DNA of 64,000 nucleotides from Macrostomum lignano. Lineage: Eukaryota. The notes beneath the pieces are model-generated. The model was given only the letters and a program-made list of their open reading frames with translations, searched no databases and was not told the DNA's origin. The position numbers were made by a program, and so were the translations under genes. The stretch is taken from positions 62,001-126,000 of the forward strand of contig NIVC01002599.1 of the NCBI GenBank assembly GCA_002269645.1, given 5' to 3'. Shown here piece after piece: positions 15,548 to 30,200 of the stretch (the first letter of the stretch is position 1; each line of letters begins with the position of its first letter).

Positions 15548-16421
15548 GGACGAATTGGATTCGAATTTTACTGGGTTTGCTTCGGAAAAGCTTCCAGGCG
15601 TTTTCAATAGAAGACACGGGAGTGAATATATAAATGCGTTGGCGTATTTAAAGGGTCGCCTTTTGTCTGCTTTCGGACTGGATAAATCTGGCCAGCACAG
15701 AACAGCATGCGGCCAGACTGTGCCCCGCCTGCTGACTGGTTCGCAGACGGAATCTTCTGTCCTAGCCGGTTCAGCTCGTCTTATCGACTCCGCTGGGGCG
15801 GGACACGCCTACCGCGTATAAATAAGATCACGTGACCTGAAGGCCGCGCGCCCGCCACCCTAAACTAGGCATGTACACACGCACATGTACGTGCAGGCGA
15901 GCCAGTTGGACAATAAAACGAAATGGGACTACAGTTGAACAGCTTTTTCAAAGCACTAACAAAGGTCGATTTAATTACACCAAGACGCTATTTAACAGCT
16001 GGCATTTTGATTGAATTCTCTCAATAATAATTATTTAGACTACAAACTTTATTACTGTATTTATTGAACTCCTGACAAAATAGAGTGGCATTGATAATCT
16101 CTATACAAGCTAGTCATAAAACCACAAATACATTAAATATATGCATAAGCAAACAATGATTTGAAATGTGCAAAATGGTTAGGCGGACAAAAGTGAGCAG
16201 AAAAACTCGCTTTTATTTTAGCTATCTATACTACTCGAACATATTCTCTAAGGAAATGCAATGCGCTACATAGGTCACATTCTACTTTTTATAGCCTGGG
16301 GAAATAAATGATATTAAGCGGCCATTCCGGAATGCAGGTTGCCCCAATATTGACAAAAACGATCATAAATTACGTGTAAAAATGCTGAGATAACCTGCAA
16401 ATTCTCCCAACTTATCTGTCA

Positions 16422-17345
16422 GCAATATTACCAATCACTTGTCACTAATATTACCAATCACCTGTCACTAATATTACCAATCACCTGTCACTAATATTAC
16501 CAATCACTTGTCACTAATATTACCAATCACTTGTCACTAATATTACCAATCACCTGTCACTAATATTACCAATCACCTGTCACTAATATTACCAATCACT
16601 TGTCACTAATATTACCAATCACCTGTCACTGATATTACCAATCACTTGTCACTAATATTACCAATCACCTGTCACTGATATTACCAATCACTTGTCACTA
16701 ATATTACCAATCACCTGTCACTAATATTACCAATCACCTGTCACTAATATTACCAATCACCTGTCACTGATATTACCAATCACCTGTCACTGATATTACC
16801 AATCACCTGTCACTGATATTACCAATCACCTGTCACCAATATTACCAATCACCTGTCACTGATATTACCAATCACCTGTCACTGATATTACCAATCACCT
16901 GTCACTGATATTACCAATCACCTGTCACCAATATTACCAATCACCTGTCACTGATATTACCAATCACCTGTCACCAATATTACCAATCACCTGTCACCAA
17001 TATTACCAATCACCTGTCACTGATATTACAAATCACCTGTCACTGATATTACAAATCACCTGTCACTGATATTACCAATCACCTGTCACTGATATTACCA
17101 ATCACCTGTCACCAATATTACCAATCACCTGTCACTGATATTACCAATCACCTGTCACCAATATTACCAATCACCTGTCACCAATATTACCAATCACCTG
17201 TCACTAATATTACCAATCACCTGTCACTGATATTACCAATCACCTGTCACTAATATTACCAATCACCTGTCACTGATATTACCAATCACCTGTCACTGAT
17301 ATTACCAATCACCTGTCACTGATATTACCAATCACCTGTCACTAA
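16422..17345. repeat. 23-bp minisatellite (GTCACTAATATTACCAATCACCT) between the CHP stop and cytochrome b5
   Basis: Period 23, about 40 copies. Confidence 0.95.
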
Positions 17346-18197
17346 CAGTCACAGAATTTAAGAGCATAAAGTGCAAAAAAACAATCGATAACAGAAGCAG
17401 CAGACATAGGATTAGCATGCGTTATTAATAAAAAATAGAAAAAAGTTTTCCTTTAAACTGAGACTCTTGAAATATAACAGAAATATACATAAATAATATT
17501 AATGAGTAAACAATGGCGCATGTAAATTTGCTTCAGTTGGGAGTGAATGCTAAAAACATACAACAAACTACAATTATGTGGGCAAGGCTGAACAGGAGGA
17601 TAGGTGCATCTTACAAGAGCAGAAAATAATATGGAAAACATTTATATTAGTCAGAGTATCAGATATACTTCGGGAGACAAAGACGGCACGGGGCTCGCGC
17701 GCAAATAAACTGATTCAGCTGCAAAGTGAATTAATCTACTTTTAGTACTTAGAATAGCAATTAGTTAAATTTTTTTAATCCCACAAGTAAATAAAAATCT
17801 AATCTGATCTTTAAGTTTAACGAAATAATTTGGAAGCCGATTTTTTTCTGTTTAAAAAACTGGTTTCGAACAAACGTTATAGTCCATTTCGAAAATTGTG
17901 TTAAAATCGATCGGCCTTTAAAAAAAACCAGTTCTAAAATTAGCCTACGAAAGCCCCGTTTTAAAAATCGGCCTTCAAAATCCTGTTTTACAATAGGGCT
18001 TTAAAACAATTTTTAAATGGGCTTCGAAAAAAACAGTCTTAAACTCGGCCTTCAAAAACCAGTTTTTTTTTTAAATCAATCTTTAAAAATCGTTTTCGAC
18101 CTCGGCTTTTAAAAAGCATGAATAATTTTAAAAAAATCGGCCTCCAAATTTTCTCAACTGTTTGGATTAGTGATAAACTAAGCTACTAATCCGATAG

Positions 18198-19663
18198 TCA
18201 GCTCAGAAAGCAAATAGACAGCTGGTGGTCGGAAACATTTCGCATCGCGTGCTCAAACGCGGGAAAATCGATGGAATCGATCTGTCCACCTGACGGCATC
18301 TCGGCGACTCCGTTGGCGGCCGCGTAGTCCAGCGCGGCCTCGTGAACAATCCGCCTGGCGATTGACAGCACCTGATCTGGCCGGCCGTGCCTGCCAAGCA
18401 GCTCCTCCAGCATCCGGTGCACCTCATCAACGCTGATCACGCCGTCCCGATCCAGATCGTACATGTCGAATAGGAATCGCAGTTTCGCTTCCCGACGATT
18501 AATTGAAGTTGGCCGGCCCTCGTCCACTGGCCGGAATGTGGCCAGAAACTTCACAAACTCTAGAAAGTTGATCTCATTCCGATCGCGGAAGAATGCGTCA
18601 AGCAGGAACTGGCTGACCGGGTTCACGTACAGCTCCGGGATGCGCTCCAGGTCCTCGCGGCGCAGGCTGCCCTCGCTCTGCTTGTCCAGTGCGATGAAAC
18701 GGCTGTTGAGACGCTGGAGCTGCTCTTTGCTTACTGCCGATGGCGGGGCGGGGAGTGGCGAGAGAGAGGTGGAATGTGAGGTGGAATGTGAGGTGGAGTG
18801 TGGGGTGGAGTGAGGTGGAGTGAGGTGGAGTGAGGTGAAGTGTAGGGTAGAGTGTGAGGTGGAGAGTGAGGTGGAGTGTGAGGTGGAGTGTAGGATGGAG
18901 TGTACGGTGTGTGAAATGGAGCAGGAGGTAGTGTCAGTACCAGGTAGTGTCAGAGTGTCAGGTAGAGTGTCAGGTAGTGTCAGGTAATGTCAGGTAGTGT
19001 CAGAGTGTCAGGTAGAGTGTCAGGTAGTGTCAGTTAGAGTATCAGAGTGTCAGGTAGTGTCAGGTAGTGTCAGGTAGTGTCAGCGTGTCAGGTAGAATGT
19101 CAGGTAGAGTGTCAGGTAGTGTCAGGTAGAGTGTCAGGTAGTGTCAGGTAGAGTGTCAGGTAGTGTCAGTTAGAGTATCAGAGTGTCAGGTAGAGTGTCA
19201 GGTAGTGTCAGTTGGAGTGTCAGGTAGTGTCAGGTAGTGTCAGTTGGAGTGTCAGGTAGAGTGTCAGAGTGTCAGGTAGAGTGTCAGGTAGTGTCAGTTG
19301 GAGTGTCAGGTAGAGTGTCAGGTAGTGTCAGTTGGAGTGTCAGGTAGAGTGTCAGAGTGTCAGGTAGAGTGTCAGGTAGTGTCAGTTGGAGTGTTAGGTA
19401 GAGTGTCAGAGTGTCAGGTAGAGTGCCAGGTAGTACCAGAAAGAGTGTCAGGTAGTACCAGGTAGGTGTCAGGTAGAGTGTCAGGTAGTGTCAGGTAGAG
19501 GGTCAGCTAGTGTCAGGTAGAGGGTCAGGTAGACTACCAGTTAGTGCTCAAGGTAAAGATAAAATTGCACAGAAAGGCCGCATAAGCACAACTCACAGCC
19601 GGTCTCCTCTTGTATATCCTTGATCTGGTTCTCATCCGGAATAAGAGACGACACGGAGCCCAT
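18198..19663 (-). CDS. CHP1: Calcineurin B homologous protein (EF-hand), 200 aa; exons 19663-19597, 18733-18198
   Basis: MGSVSS (N-myristoylation-like), IQEETG-LSKEQLQRLNSRFIALDK, EDLERIPELYVNP, KLRFLFDMYDLDRDGVIS (EF-hand). Exon lengths 67+536=603 nt keep the frame. Confidence 0.88.
18765..19545. repeat. Compound array in the CHP intron: GAGGTGGAGTGT-like units, then 10/12-bp GTGTCAGGTA(GA) units
   Basis: Two adjacent repeat types (c.18765-18900 and c.18925-19545). Confidence 0.88.
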
Positions 19664-20689
19664 TGGAGACGGTCAGGCGAGCAGAAACGATAAATATGAA
19701 TATGAATAGCATGGATTTTGCAGAGGTAATCTATTGACTACAAAGCTTTAGTAAAAATGATTATAAAGCTATTAGAAATGAGTAAATTTCAACACGGAGA
19801 ATCTGTGCAACATAAAAAAGCGGAATCTAGTCTCCAATTTTGTCAATCAAATATTTTTTTAAATTTATAAAAGTTCGAAAACAACAAGACTGAAAACCTG
19901 TCTGAGCAGCATCGTACTCGTACCTATTTAAGATAATTATGAAACTCCATGAGAAATAAAAAACTTAATGCTGACTAGAGTCGGACAAAAATCTATGCCG
20001 ATTGATCGATAAAAAATGATTTAAAATGATAAAACATGACAGGAAGATAATCACATATTCTTAATACTACAAGTAGTGCGTGTAAAATAGAGAGCTATTA
20101 GGTGTTAGGCAAGCAAAAGCGGAGCCACAAAAATCCAAACAGATTGCATTAAAATTTTCCTTCATAGCAGCATAGTCGTGAAAAAGGTGCATTGTGCCAT
20201 GAGAGTGCATCCTGTTCAACAACAACATTAGAATAGACAACAGTCCGTGAAATACACTCACCAATATTTACTACTGACAGCAACAACTGGAGTATATAAA
20301 TCAGTAATAGAGTATAAAACTATTATTAAGCAACTCTAAACTAAGATGACAGAATTGCCAAAAAACTTATAAAGCGTACCAGAACAATGTGAAAGAATGA
20401 GTAGGTTTCGTTGTTGGAATTACAGAATTTGACTTGTGAAACCAGGGGATTGATCTGTCAGACTTGACGATATCTTGTGTAGAATGTGGCGGACTGCGGA
20501 CCAAACAGAGGAGGCCAAAAAAGGAGAGTTGACAAGTCGGAAGAAGAGCTGAGGAGAGATGAAAGAAGGGGAGGTGGAGAGAGAGAAGATGAGATAAAGG
20601 GAGAGAGAAGAAATGAAGGGAGAGAGAGAAGAGGAGATAAATGGAGAGGGAGGAGAGGGGCTGAAAGGAGAAAGAGGAGATGAAGGGAG

Positions 20690-21050
20690 GGAAGAAGATG
20701 AAGGGAGGAGAGATGAAGGGAGTGAAGGAGATAAAGGGGGTGGAGGAGATGAAGGGTGTGGAGGAGATGAAGGGTGTGGAGGAGATGAAGGGTGTGGAGG
20801 AGATGAAGGGTGTGGAGGAGATAAAGGGGGTGGAGGAGATGAAGGGTGTGGAGGAGATGAAGGGTGTGGAGGAGATGAAGGGTGTGGAGGAGATAAAGGG
20901 GGTGGAGGAGATAAAGGGGGTGGAGGAGATGAAGGGTGTGGAGGAGATGAAGGGAGGGAGGAGATGAAGGGAGTAGAGAAGATGTAGGGAGTGGAGGAGA
21001 TGAAGGGAGTACAGGAGATGAAGAGAGGGGAGGAGATGAGGGGAAGGGAG
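20690..21050. repeat. 18-bp purine-rich repeat (GGAGGAGATGAAGGGTGT) downstream of the SLC43-like stop
   Basis: Period 18 with degenerate GA-rich flanks. Confidence 0.88.
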
Positions 21051-21166
21051 ATGAAGAAGTGTAAAAGCTTGGATGCAGACAAGAATCCCATCAGAAATAA
21101 CAGGCAACAACAAGATGCAGAAAGCGGGCAAGCCACGGCGGATAAGCTAATTGCTATGCATCGCCG

Positions 21167-23609
21167 CTAGCTACTCTGTCCGACGCCGCCTCCACCATTG
21201 TCGTCGTTAATCGCATCCCTGGAGTCGTTCTCGCCGGCGTCTTCATCAGCAGGCGGAGCGGCGGCGGGCCCAGCCGGGCAGGCCAGCAGCTGGCAGGGGT
21301 GCAGAGCGGCCAGGCCAGCCAGGGCGGCGCCCACAGCATAGGCGGGCCGGTGATCGTCCAGCCTGAGAGACAGGCGCAGCAGGGGATACTGCAGCCAGGC
21401 AAATCCGGCCCCGGACAGGCTCACTAATCCGTACAGTCGGCCGAATTGTCCGGCCGGGAATGCGTCCAACAGTAGGCAGGGGAGCAGGGCGAATAGCAGA
21501 GAACGGTAGGCGACTAGTAAGGCGAATTGCGGAACCAGAGGCAGCGGCGGCGAGGCCAGGCCGAGGCAGCAGACGGCGCAGCCGGTGCCGCACTGGGCAA
21601 GCAGCGGCCAGGCCAGGCTCCGGGGCGCCGGCCGCGGTCCGAGACGGCGAGCCGCCCGCAGGCCGAGGGCGACGGCGAATGCGGCTGGCAAGCCGGCGAA
21701 CATGAGCGCGCCGAGCAGGCTGAGCTGCCTGACATTGGGGCGGGGAAAGGAAATAATAATAATTAATAAATCAACTCTCATTTAACAGCATTCATCTGTC
21801 ACTCCTCAGTTAACAGCATTCATCTGTCACTCCTCAGTTAACAGCATTCATCTGTCACTCCTCAGTTAACAGCATTCATCTGTCACTCCTCAGTTAACAG
21901 CATTCATCTGTCACTCCTCAGTCAACAGCATTCATCTGTCACTCCTCAGTTAACAGTATTAATCTTGATCTATCACTCCTCAGTTAACAGTATTCATCTT
22001 GATCTATCACTCCCCAGTTAACAGTATTCATCTTGATCTATCACTCCTCAGTTAACAGCATTCATCTTGATCTATCACTCCTCAGTTAACAGCATTAATC
22101 TTGATCTATCACTCCTCAGTTAACAGCATTCATCTTGATCTATCACTCCTCAGTTAACAGCATTCATCTGTCACTCCTCAGTTAACAGCATTCATCTGTC
22201 ACTCCTCAGTTAACAGCATTCATCTGTCACTCCTCAGTTAACAGCATTCATATGTCACTCCTCAGTTAACAGCATTCATCTGTCACTCCTCAGTTAACAG
22301 TATTCATCTTGATCTATCACTCCTCAGTTAACAGTATTAATCTTGATCTATCACTCCTCAGTTAACAGCATTCATCTGTCACTCCTCAGTTAACAGCATT
22401 CATCTGTCACTCCTCAGTTAACAGCATTCATCTTGATCTATCACTCCTCAGTTAACAGCATTCATCTATCACTCCTCAGTTAACAGCATTCATCTTGATC
22501 TATCACTCCTCAGTTAACAGTATTCATCTTGATCTATCACTCCTCAGTTAACAGTATTCATCTTGATTTATCACTCCTCATTAAACAGCAATGGGAAAAT
22601 TCCCTCAGCAATTTTATCCTTTCTTCCTTCTTAGCAAGCAGTTTTCTTAGAAAGTTTCCCAGGCTGACAACCTTCATTTTCAAACGCACCTGTAAGCTTC
22701 TCCTGGCACCCCGTTAGCAGCCAACTGAGCCAGCAGCGGAGCGTGCGACAGGCACAGCAAAAACACCAACAGGGAGGCCATTGCCCAGGCCAGATGGCTG
22801 ATGTACAGCCGACTGCAAAGGGTCATAGCCAGAGTCGGTTCACTGGAGAAGCCAGCTGAAGCGGCAGTAGAGTTGCAGCCACCAGCCGCTGTCCGGGGCG
22901 GCCTGGGATCGAGCCTGGCTAACAGGCCAGTCAAACAGAGGCTTATTATTGCAACAGCAGCGCCCAGACTGACAAAGGCGGCGGCTCGATAGCGGCTGGA
23001 CTGTGCCGGACCGCCTGCGGCCAGGCACAGATTCAGCACCAGAGTTGGCACAAGGGCGCTGGAATCGAACGCGCCAGACACTGAGCACACTAATAAGCTG
23101 GAGCCGCGGCGCATCAAGCCGCCGATGGATAGACAGGTTACCATGGAGACGGCGCTGGAGACACCCCAGAGGATGGCGCCGGCGTAGAGAGCGGCGTTGC
23201 CGGCTGGCGACGGAGCAGCCAGACCGAAGCAGAGGCAGCAGGCCAGGGCGGCGGCGGCGCCAGCCAGGCGGCAGGGTAGGCGGCCCAGCCGGTCCAGCAG
23301 GAGGCCGGCAACAAAGCAGGCCACCATGTGGACGCCAACGCCGATCGAGTGCACCAGAGCGAATCTGGCCTCGCCTTCGGCCGGGCAAGCCGCCTCTGCT
23401 TCAACCGTCGGCACAGCCGCCACAGCCGCATCGCTGACTGTGGCGTTGCAGCCAAAAAAGCCTTCGCGTTGTAGAATAGCCTGCCAGCTGGGCAAATTGA
23501 CAAAGAAGCCGCTATAGATGAGAGTCTCGCCGACTGCTAAACTGGCGCATAGGATGGCAGCGCCAGGCTTCAGCTGGTACTGCTGCTGTTGATGATGCCG
23601 TTGTCTCAC
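21167..23609 (-). CDS. MFS transporter, SLC43 (LAT3/LAT4/ENBT1)-like; exons 23609-22690, 21728-21167; no genomic in-frame ATG at the N-terminus
   Basis: TM1 GETLIYSGFFVNLPSWQAILQREGFF resembles SLC43. MFS motif GLLLDRLGRL, and C-terminal DAFPAGQFGRLYGL...WLQYPL. The intron is GT-AG, phase 2, and joins in frame. Confidence 0.75.
21782..22585. repeat. 28/35-bp minisatellite (TTAACAGCATTCATCTGTCACTCCTCAG), SLC43-like intron
   Basis: Period 28 with a 35-bp insertion variant containing TCTTGATCT. Confidence 0.93.
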
Positions 23610-25004
23610 CTGCAATCAGATACGTGTTATAAAGATTTACAATAAAAACGATAGTTACCCTCTATAGTAGCTTTTTGACAGTCAGGTAGGGTTTTACGAC
23701 AAAAACGCTGTTTACTCTACCTACAGTAGTTTACGACAATCTAGTAAGGTTTTACACTAAAATACGCTATTTACCCTACTTATAGTAGATTTTCAACAAT
23801 TCAAAAAGCGCTACTTATTTCACAAATTATATAAAATTTAACACTAAAACGTTTCCTATTCCTATAACATGTTTCTCTTGGCAAATCTACGGGAAAATTT
23901 ATCCTTACATGCAACAACTGATACAATAGCAAAAAGCGCTATATAACCTACTTGCAGTAGATTTCGTTAACTAAATAAACTAAGCCACTTTAACACTTAT
24001 TTTCTTATCCAAATTTGAAAATTATCTTAGCTAGGCCTCAGATTTCTGTCTGCCAATTCGACAAACAGGTTTTGGGGGCGAGATAGGAATAACAGACAAG
24101 TGCCAGTTTAGTAGACTGTTATCGAGGAGACCGCCTCAACCTATGTAATAAAGCTAAGCTATGTTCTCTCATATGCAGTCAAGTCATAGTAGATTTCTCA
24201 CTGGCACGAAGCACAGATCTCTAGAGAAATTCCAGACTAAGCCTCGCCCTAAAAATGTCTGCTATTAAAAAATAAGCTTGCATCACAAAGCAAATAAAAA
24301 AGACTTGACAAATCTGCTGGCAAAAATTGATCAAACAATTTGTACGTGTCAATACAATATGCGCTTATAATTAGATAAAAAGAAACCAGCCAAGATGCAA
24401 GACATTTGCAAATAAAAATCAACAAAGTAGTTCAATAGATTAACATAAAAATTATTTTAAACAAGAATAGCAGACGGCACAGCTATTAGTCCGCGTTGCA
24501 GCGGCAAATGTGGATGAACTTCATTGGAAAAAATCACAGTTAAAAATGGCTCAATTAAACTTAATAAACACCATTAGATATGACTCTTTCATATCTTTTG
24601 AACTACTCAAAATTTAAAATATATACGATAATAAAATGTTACAGAAAACAATGTAGAAGGAACTACAGATCAACAGATTTGTTGTACATTAAATCCCATA
24701 AATTAGAAAAACACTGTTCTGAATTACGATGCATTTACATAAGCGCACGAGTTTTATAAAACTGGCAATTCAACTTGCATGTCTAAAACAGTACAGGCTA
24801 TAATAGAAGCAAACAGTAAAACTTTACTAAACTCATATTGGCCTCTGCAATGCTAAGAAGGGAATGTAAGTTTAAAGCAGCGACACCTGTCTAATATTGA
24901 GAAAAATCTGTATTATCAATAGCGAAAGCATGCAACCATAACTAGTGGAGTAGGGAATGTCTAACTAGAAATACTGACAGTAAGTACTTGCATTAGGCTT
25001 ATAT

Positions 25005-25612
25005 GGACTGGCGCCACAATCACACAGAACTCATCCTGTGAACTAGCGCCATAATCACACAGATCTCATTCTGTGAACTAGCGCAATAATCACACAGGTC
25101 TCATACTGTGAACTGGCGCATTAATCACACAGGCCTCATTCTGTGAACTGGCGCATTAATCACACAGGCCTCATTCTGTGAACTGGCGCATTAATCACAC
25201 AGGTCTCATACTGTGAACTAGCGCCACAATCATACAGGTCTCATTCTGTGAACTAGCGCATTAATCACACAGGCCTCATCCTGTGAACTAGCGCCATAAT
25301 CACACAGGCCTCATTCTGTGAACTGGCGCATTAATCACACAGGCCTCATTCTGTGAACTGGCGCATTAATCACACAGGTCTCATTCTGTGAACTAGCGCC
25401 ATAATCACACAGATCTCATACTGTGAACTGGCGCATTAATCACACAGGCCTCATCCTGTGAACTAGCGCCATAATCACACAGATCTCATTCTGTTAACTA
25501 GCGCAATAATCACACAGGTCTCATCCTGTGAACTAGCGCAATAATCACACAGGTCTTATACTGTGAACTAGCGCAATAATCACACAGGTCTCATACTGTG
25601 AAGTGGCGCCAT
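25005..25612. repeat. 34/35-bp minisatellite (CTGTGAACTGGCGCATTAATCACACAGGCCTCATT)
   Basis: Period 34-35; lies between the FERM gene stop and the SLC43-like acceptor. Confidence 0.92.
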
Positions 25613-26134
25613 AACCAATTATCTTTGAATATATGAAGGCTCAATATAAGCTAGAACTGAAAAATCTAATCGATAACAGGTGAAAATTGAAGACTGACAC
25701 ACCGATTGAGCATTTAAACAATGTCAGAATAATTATAGTAATACATGAATAATAATAAAATGCAGATGACATTAAGAACAGTGCGCCTATGCAAAGCCGG
25801 AACACAAAGCGACCAAAAGGAAGCCAGTATATGCAGTGCAAATATGCAATAAGATTTTTAAGTTAGTTGAAAAATTAAATGGATTATTATCTAGTTGAAG
25901 AGAAAAAATTCACAGCCTAATCTCAACAATAATCATAACTCATGCTTATCTATTCCTACCAATAGTACATAAAAGATTATTAACTATATGATAATAATTA
26001 CAACACAGCCTGGAATAGTTGGCACAATTTCTAATACACCTCGCACACTAGTACTGTATATTCACGTATTGCTGCTCACTTCTTAGTAAGGCACTGCTGG
26101 TTTAGAGTGAGCCTGTCACATCCAGAGACAGTGT

Positions 26135-26802
26135 CAATCTAGAGCTAATCTAGAGTCAATCTAGAGCCAATCTAGAGTCAATCTAGAGTCAATCTAGAGT
26201 CAATCTAGAGTCAATCTAGAGTCAATCTAGAGTCAATCTAGAGCTAATCTAGAGTCAATCTAGAGCCAATCTATAGTCAATCTAGAGCCAATCTAGAGTC
26301 AATCTAGAGTCAATCTAGAGTCAATTTAGAGTCAATCTAGAGCCAATCTAGAGTCAATCTAGAGTCAATCTAGAGTCAATCTAGAGTCAATCTAGAGTCA
26401 ATCTAGAGTCAATCTAGAGTCAATCTAGAGTCAATCTAGAGTCAATCTAGAGTCAATCTAGAGCCAATCTAGAGTCAATCTAGAGCCAATCTAGAGTCAA
26501 TCTAGAGTCAATCTAGAGCCAATCTAGAGTCAATCTAGAGTCAATCTAGAGCCAATCTAGAGTCAATCTAGAGTCAATCTAGAGCCAATCTAGAGTCAAT
26601 CTAGAGTCAATCTAGAGCCAATCTAGAGTCAATCTAGAGTCAATCTAGAGTCAATCTACAGTCAATCTAGAGTCCATCTAGAGTCAATATAGAGCCAATC
26701 TAGAGCCAATCTAGAGTCAATCTAGAGTCAATCTAGAGCCAATTTTAGAGCCAATCTAGAGTCAATCTAGAGCCAATCTAGAGCCAATCTAGAGTCAATC
26801 TA
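26135..26802. repeat. 11-bp minisatellite (CAATCTAGAGT) downstream of the FERM gene stop
   Basis: Period 11, about 60 copies; each unit contains TCTAGA. Confidence 0.95.
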
Positions 26803-26954
26803 CAGGAGAGCCTACAGCTATTATTAATATAAAGAACTAAAAGTTGGAGCATAAAAATGAATTGCTACAGCGAGAGTTACATTAAAAGAAGAAAAACGCA
26901 AGATATTGGAAATCTACACTATTAATACGCTCGTAACTGACATGCCTCCAAGCC

Positions 26955-27225
26955 TCAGGCGGAGGACAACAAGCTCAGGTCGTCAACAGTGGCGCCAAGA
27001 TTAACGTAGGCCTGCTTTCTCAAGTGCTGCTGCTGCAGGCCGGCATGCATGCTGACAGGCTCAACCGAGGAGTGATGCCGCTGCACAGAAGCCGCGGTGT
27101 CGCCGCCAACGCCGCCCGTTGCCGCACCCGAAGAGGACGAGTCAGCGATGGAACCGCCGGCCTCCTGGGAGCTCAGCAGGCCCGTCAGAAGTGGCAGGCT
27201 CAGATTTAAAAACTCGCCGCTGCTC

Positions 27226-27259
<34 letters not shown>

Positions 27260-30200
27260 TCCGCAGTCGGAGCCGATCCTTCAAAGCGGCAACTTCGGGC
27301 AGCAGAGGCAACGAAGCGCTGATTGCTTGCTGCTGCTGCAGACGTTCAGCTGACTCCAACTGCTGCTTTTGGGACTGCTGCAATTGCTGCTGCTGCTGCT
27401 GTTGTTGAAAAGCAATCTCTGCAACCTCTACGCCGGTGTCGGACACTCCGTAGCCGTAGCCGTAGCCGAAATCGTAGCCATATCCGTAGCCAAATCCTGC
27501 ATCATCGCCGTTGCCTTCTGCCGCTGCCTCCTCTTCAACACTAGCAGCCTGTCGAGTTTGATTCAAATATAAATGGAAACTTTCATCCGACTGCTCCAAG
27601 CCGACTGATGCCGAGGGTCGGGCGGCTGCTGTGGCGGCGGCGCCAGTTTGACTCGATATCCGCCTGCCAGGCACTACCAGCATCTCTTGATGAGGCGTCA
27701 TCTCGTCTGCTTCAACCGCTCGTCTAGTACTACTGGCGTACATCTGCGACAGTAGCTGATACCTGTGCAGCTCTTTGCACAGCCACAGAGTGTACTCAGC
27801 CTGAGTAGTAGTGGAGAATCCCATTAGTAGTGGCCGGCCACCTTTGGGCAAAATCTCTAGGCGTTTTCTCTGCAATAGGGTGGGAAAATGAGCGTTCAGT
27901 TATATTATCAGTTGAACTATGATGCAGTTTCCTCATTTATGCAGTTTTCTATCTATCATTTAGTTTCCTAAACATGCTGTAGTTTCCCAAACTATGATGC
28001 AGTTTCCTCATTTATGTAGTTTTCCATCTATTATTTAGTTTCCCCATCTATGCTGTAGTTTCCCTAACTATTATGCAGTTTCCCCATCTATGTTGTAGTT
28101 TTCTAATCTATGCTGTAGTTTCCCCATCTATGCTGTAGTTTCCCCATCTATGCTGTAGTTTCCCCATCTATGCTGTACTCGTAGTTTCCCCATCTATGCT
28201 GTAGTTTCCACATCTATGCTGTAGTTACAACATATATGATGCAGTTTTCCCATATATGATGTAGTTTCCCCATCTATGCTGTAGTTTCTTCATCTATGCT
28301 GTAGTTTCAACATATATGATGCAGTTTTCCCATATATGATGTAGTTTCCCATCTATGCTGTAGTTTCAACATATATGATGCAGTTTTCCCATATATGATG
28401 TAGTTTTCCCATATATGATGTAGTTTCCCCATCTATGCTGTAGTTTCAACATATATGATGCAGTTTCCCATATATTATGCAGTTTCCCCATATATGATGC
28501 AGTTTCCCCATCTATGCTGCAGTTTCTCCATCTATGCAGCAGTTTGCCCAACATTAACTTAGTCGTGTGCACGAAAATTAGCCAGGGGTTTGTCGTGATA
28601 TTCACAGCCATGTGGCCCAGCCCCCAAGGTACAGAGAGTGTGAAAGTGTGTCTAAGCCTGAGAGAGTGTCTAAGCCTGACGATTAGACAGTCAGGGCTGC
28701 TGTGCACCCTGTGTGTGCGTGTGCTCATAACTGCTTGCCTCCTCGCTGGCTGCGGGCCGACTGTCCCCTTTGATCTGCGGCAGCGCCCAAAACCCGCCTG
28801 CGACTAACCAAAATCAGATATTAATAGAGAGAACACCTAGTACTAAACAGAAATTGCGCAGTGAATGGTCATTAGCAGCGGAACTGTGTGCAAGGCCTCG
28901 AAAATAATTCTCTTTATAATATTTTACATTAGAAATATATATTTGGCCCTACCGCTGACTAATGGATTGCTCAAGGCGTACTTGAGCAATTCCTAAGGGT
29001 CTAGGAATATTGCTCACAAAGAAAACACAAATGAGGTGCGATTACTCTTAGTCAGAATGCTCAAACTGGGACTGAATAGGTAATAGTCAGCAGCAACTGC
29101 AGTACAATTGCCATCCAGACTACTTGAGAGTTTAAGACGCACAAGCCCGGACTGCAGGAAAAAATCCATGGCATTAATTAATTATACGTCTGGGACTATT
29201 TCACTAGAAGCTTGACTGTCTGCGATTAAATCCCATTTTTATTGGCTAATCCCTTTGTCTGTCTATTGTTTAGGACTACGTGGACTTAGAATCAATAGCA
29301 GCATTTGCTTCACAATGTCAATACTAGAAGGAAAAACTTTAAGAGAAACAAATGAGCGTTCTTTATTATATTAGCAACACACCTGGATAGATTAGCAATT
29401 TGCCCGGTTAGATTAGCAATCCACCCGAATAGATTAGCAATCCACCCGGATAGATTAGCGATCCACCAGGATAGATTAGCGATCTACCAGGATAGATTAG
29501 CAATCCACTTACATGTAGCTAGATTAGCAATCCACCTAGATAGATTAGCAATCTACTTGGATAGATTAGCAATCTACCTGGATAGATTAGCAATCCATCT
29601 AGGGCTAGATTAGCAATCCATCTAGGGCTAGATTAGCAATCCATCTAGGGCTAGATTAGCAATCCATCTAGGGCTAGATTAGTAATCCATCTAGGGCTAG
29701 ATTAGCAATCCATCTAGGGCTAGATTAGCAATCCATCTAGGGCTAGATTAGCAATCCATCTAGGGCTAGATTAGCAATCCATCTAGGGCTAGATTAGCAA
29801 TCCATCTAGGGCTAGATTAGCAATCCACCTAGGGCTAGATTAGCAATCCATCTAGGGCTAGATTAGCAATCCATCTAGGGCTAGATTAGCAATCCATCTA
29901 GGGCTAGATTAGCAATCCATCTAGGGCTAGATTAGCAATCCGCTCACCTGGCATCGCAGGCGGACAATATCTGCCCAGGGCAGGGTGGAGGCGTGCACCA
30001 TGAAGACGTGAATGAGATTCCTGGGCTCGTACAGCGATATGCCAACCGGTCCGATGCCCAGAAACAGGGAGCCGTCGTTATTTGCCGGGCCTTTCTCCGT
30101 CACCTTAACGATGTGCTGATTGTGGGCGATGTTTTGCATCTCCGAGGCTAGCCGGATGTAGCGGAACACAGCTTCCGATTGCGTCATCAGCTCCAGTGAA

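Noticed and set aside
20367-21136. Pro/Ser-rich and Gly/Glu-rich ORFs
   Set aside because: They come from the 18-bp purine-rich array downstream of the SLC43-like gene.
28690-28810. GC-rich patch in FERM intron 2 that looks like an extra exon
   Set aside because: The FERM domain is already continuous between exons 2 and 3 without it, and it shows no family motif.
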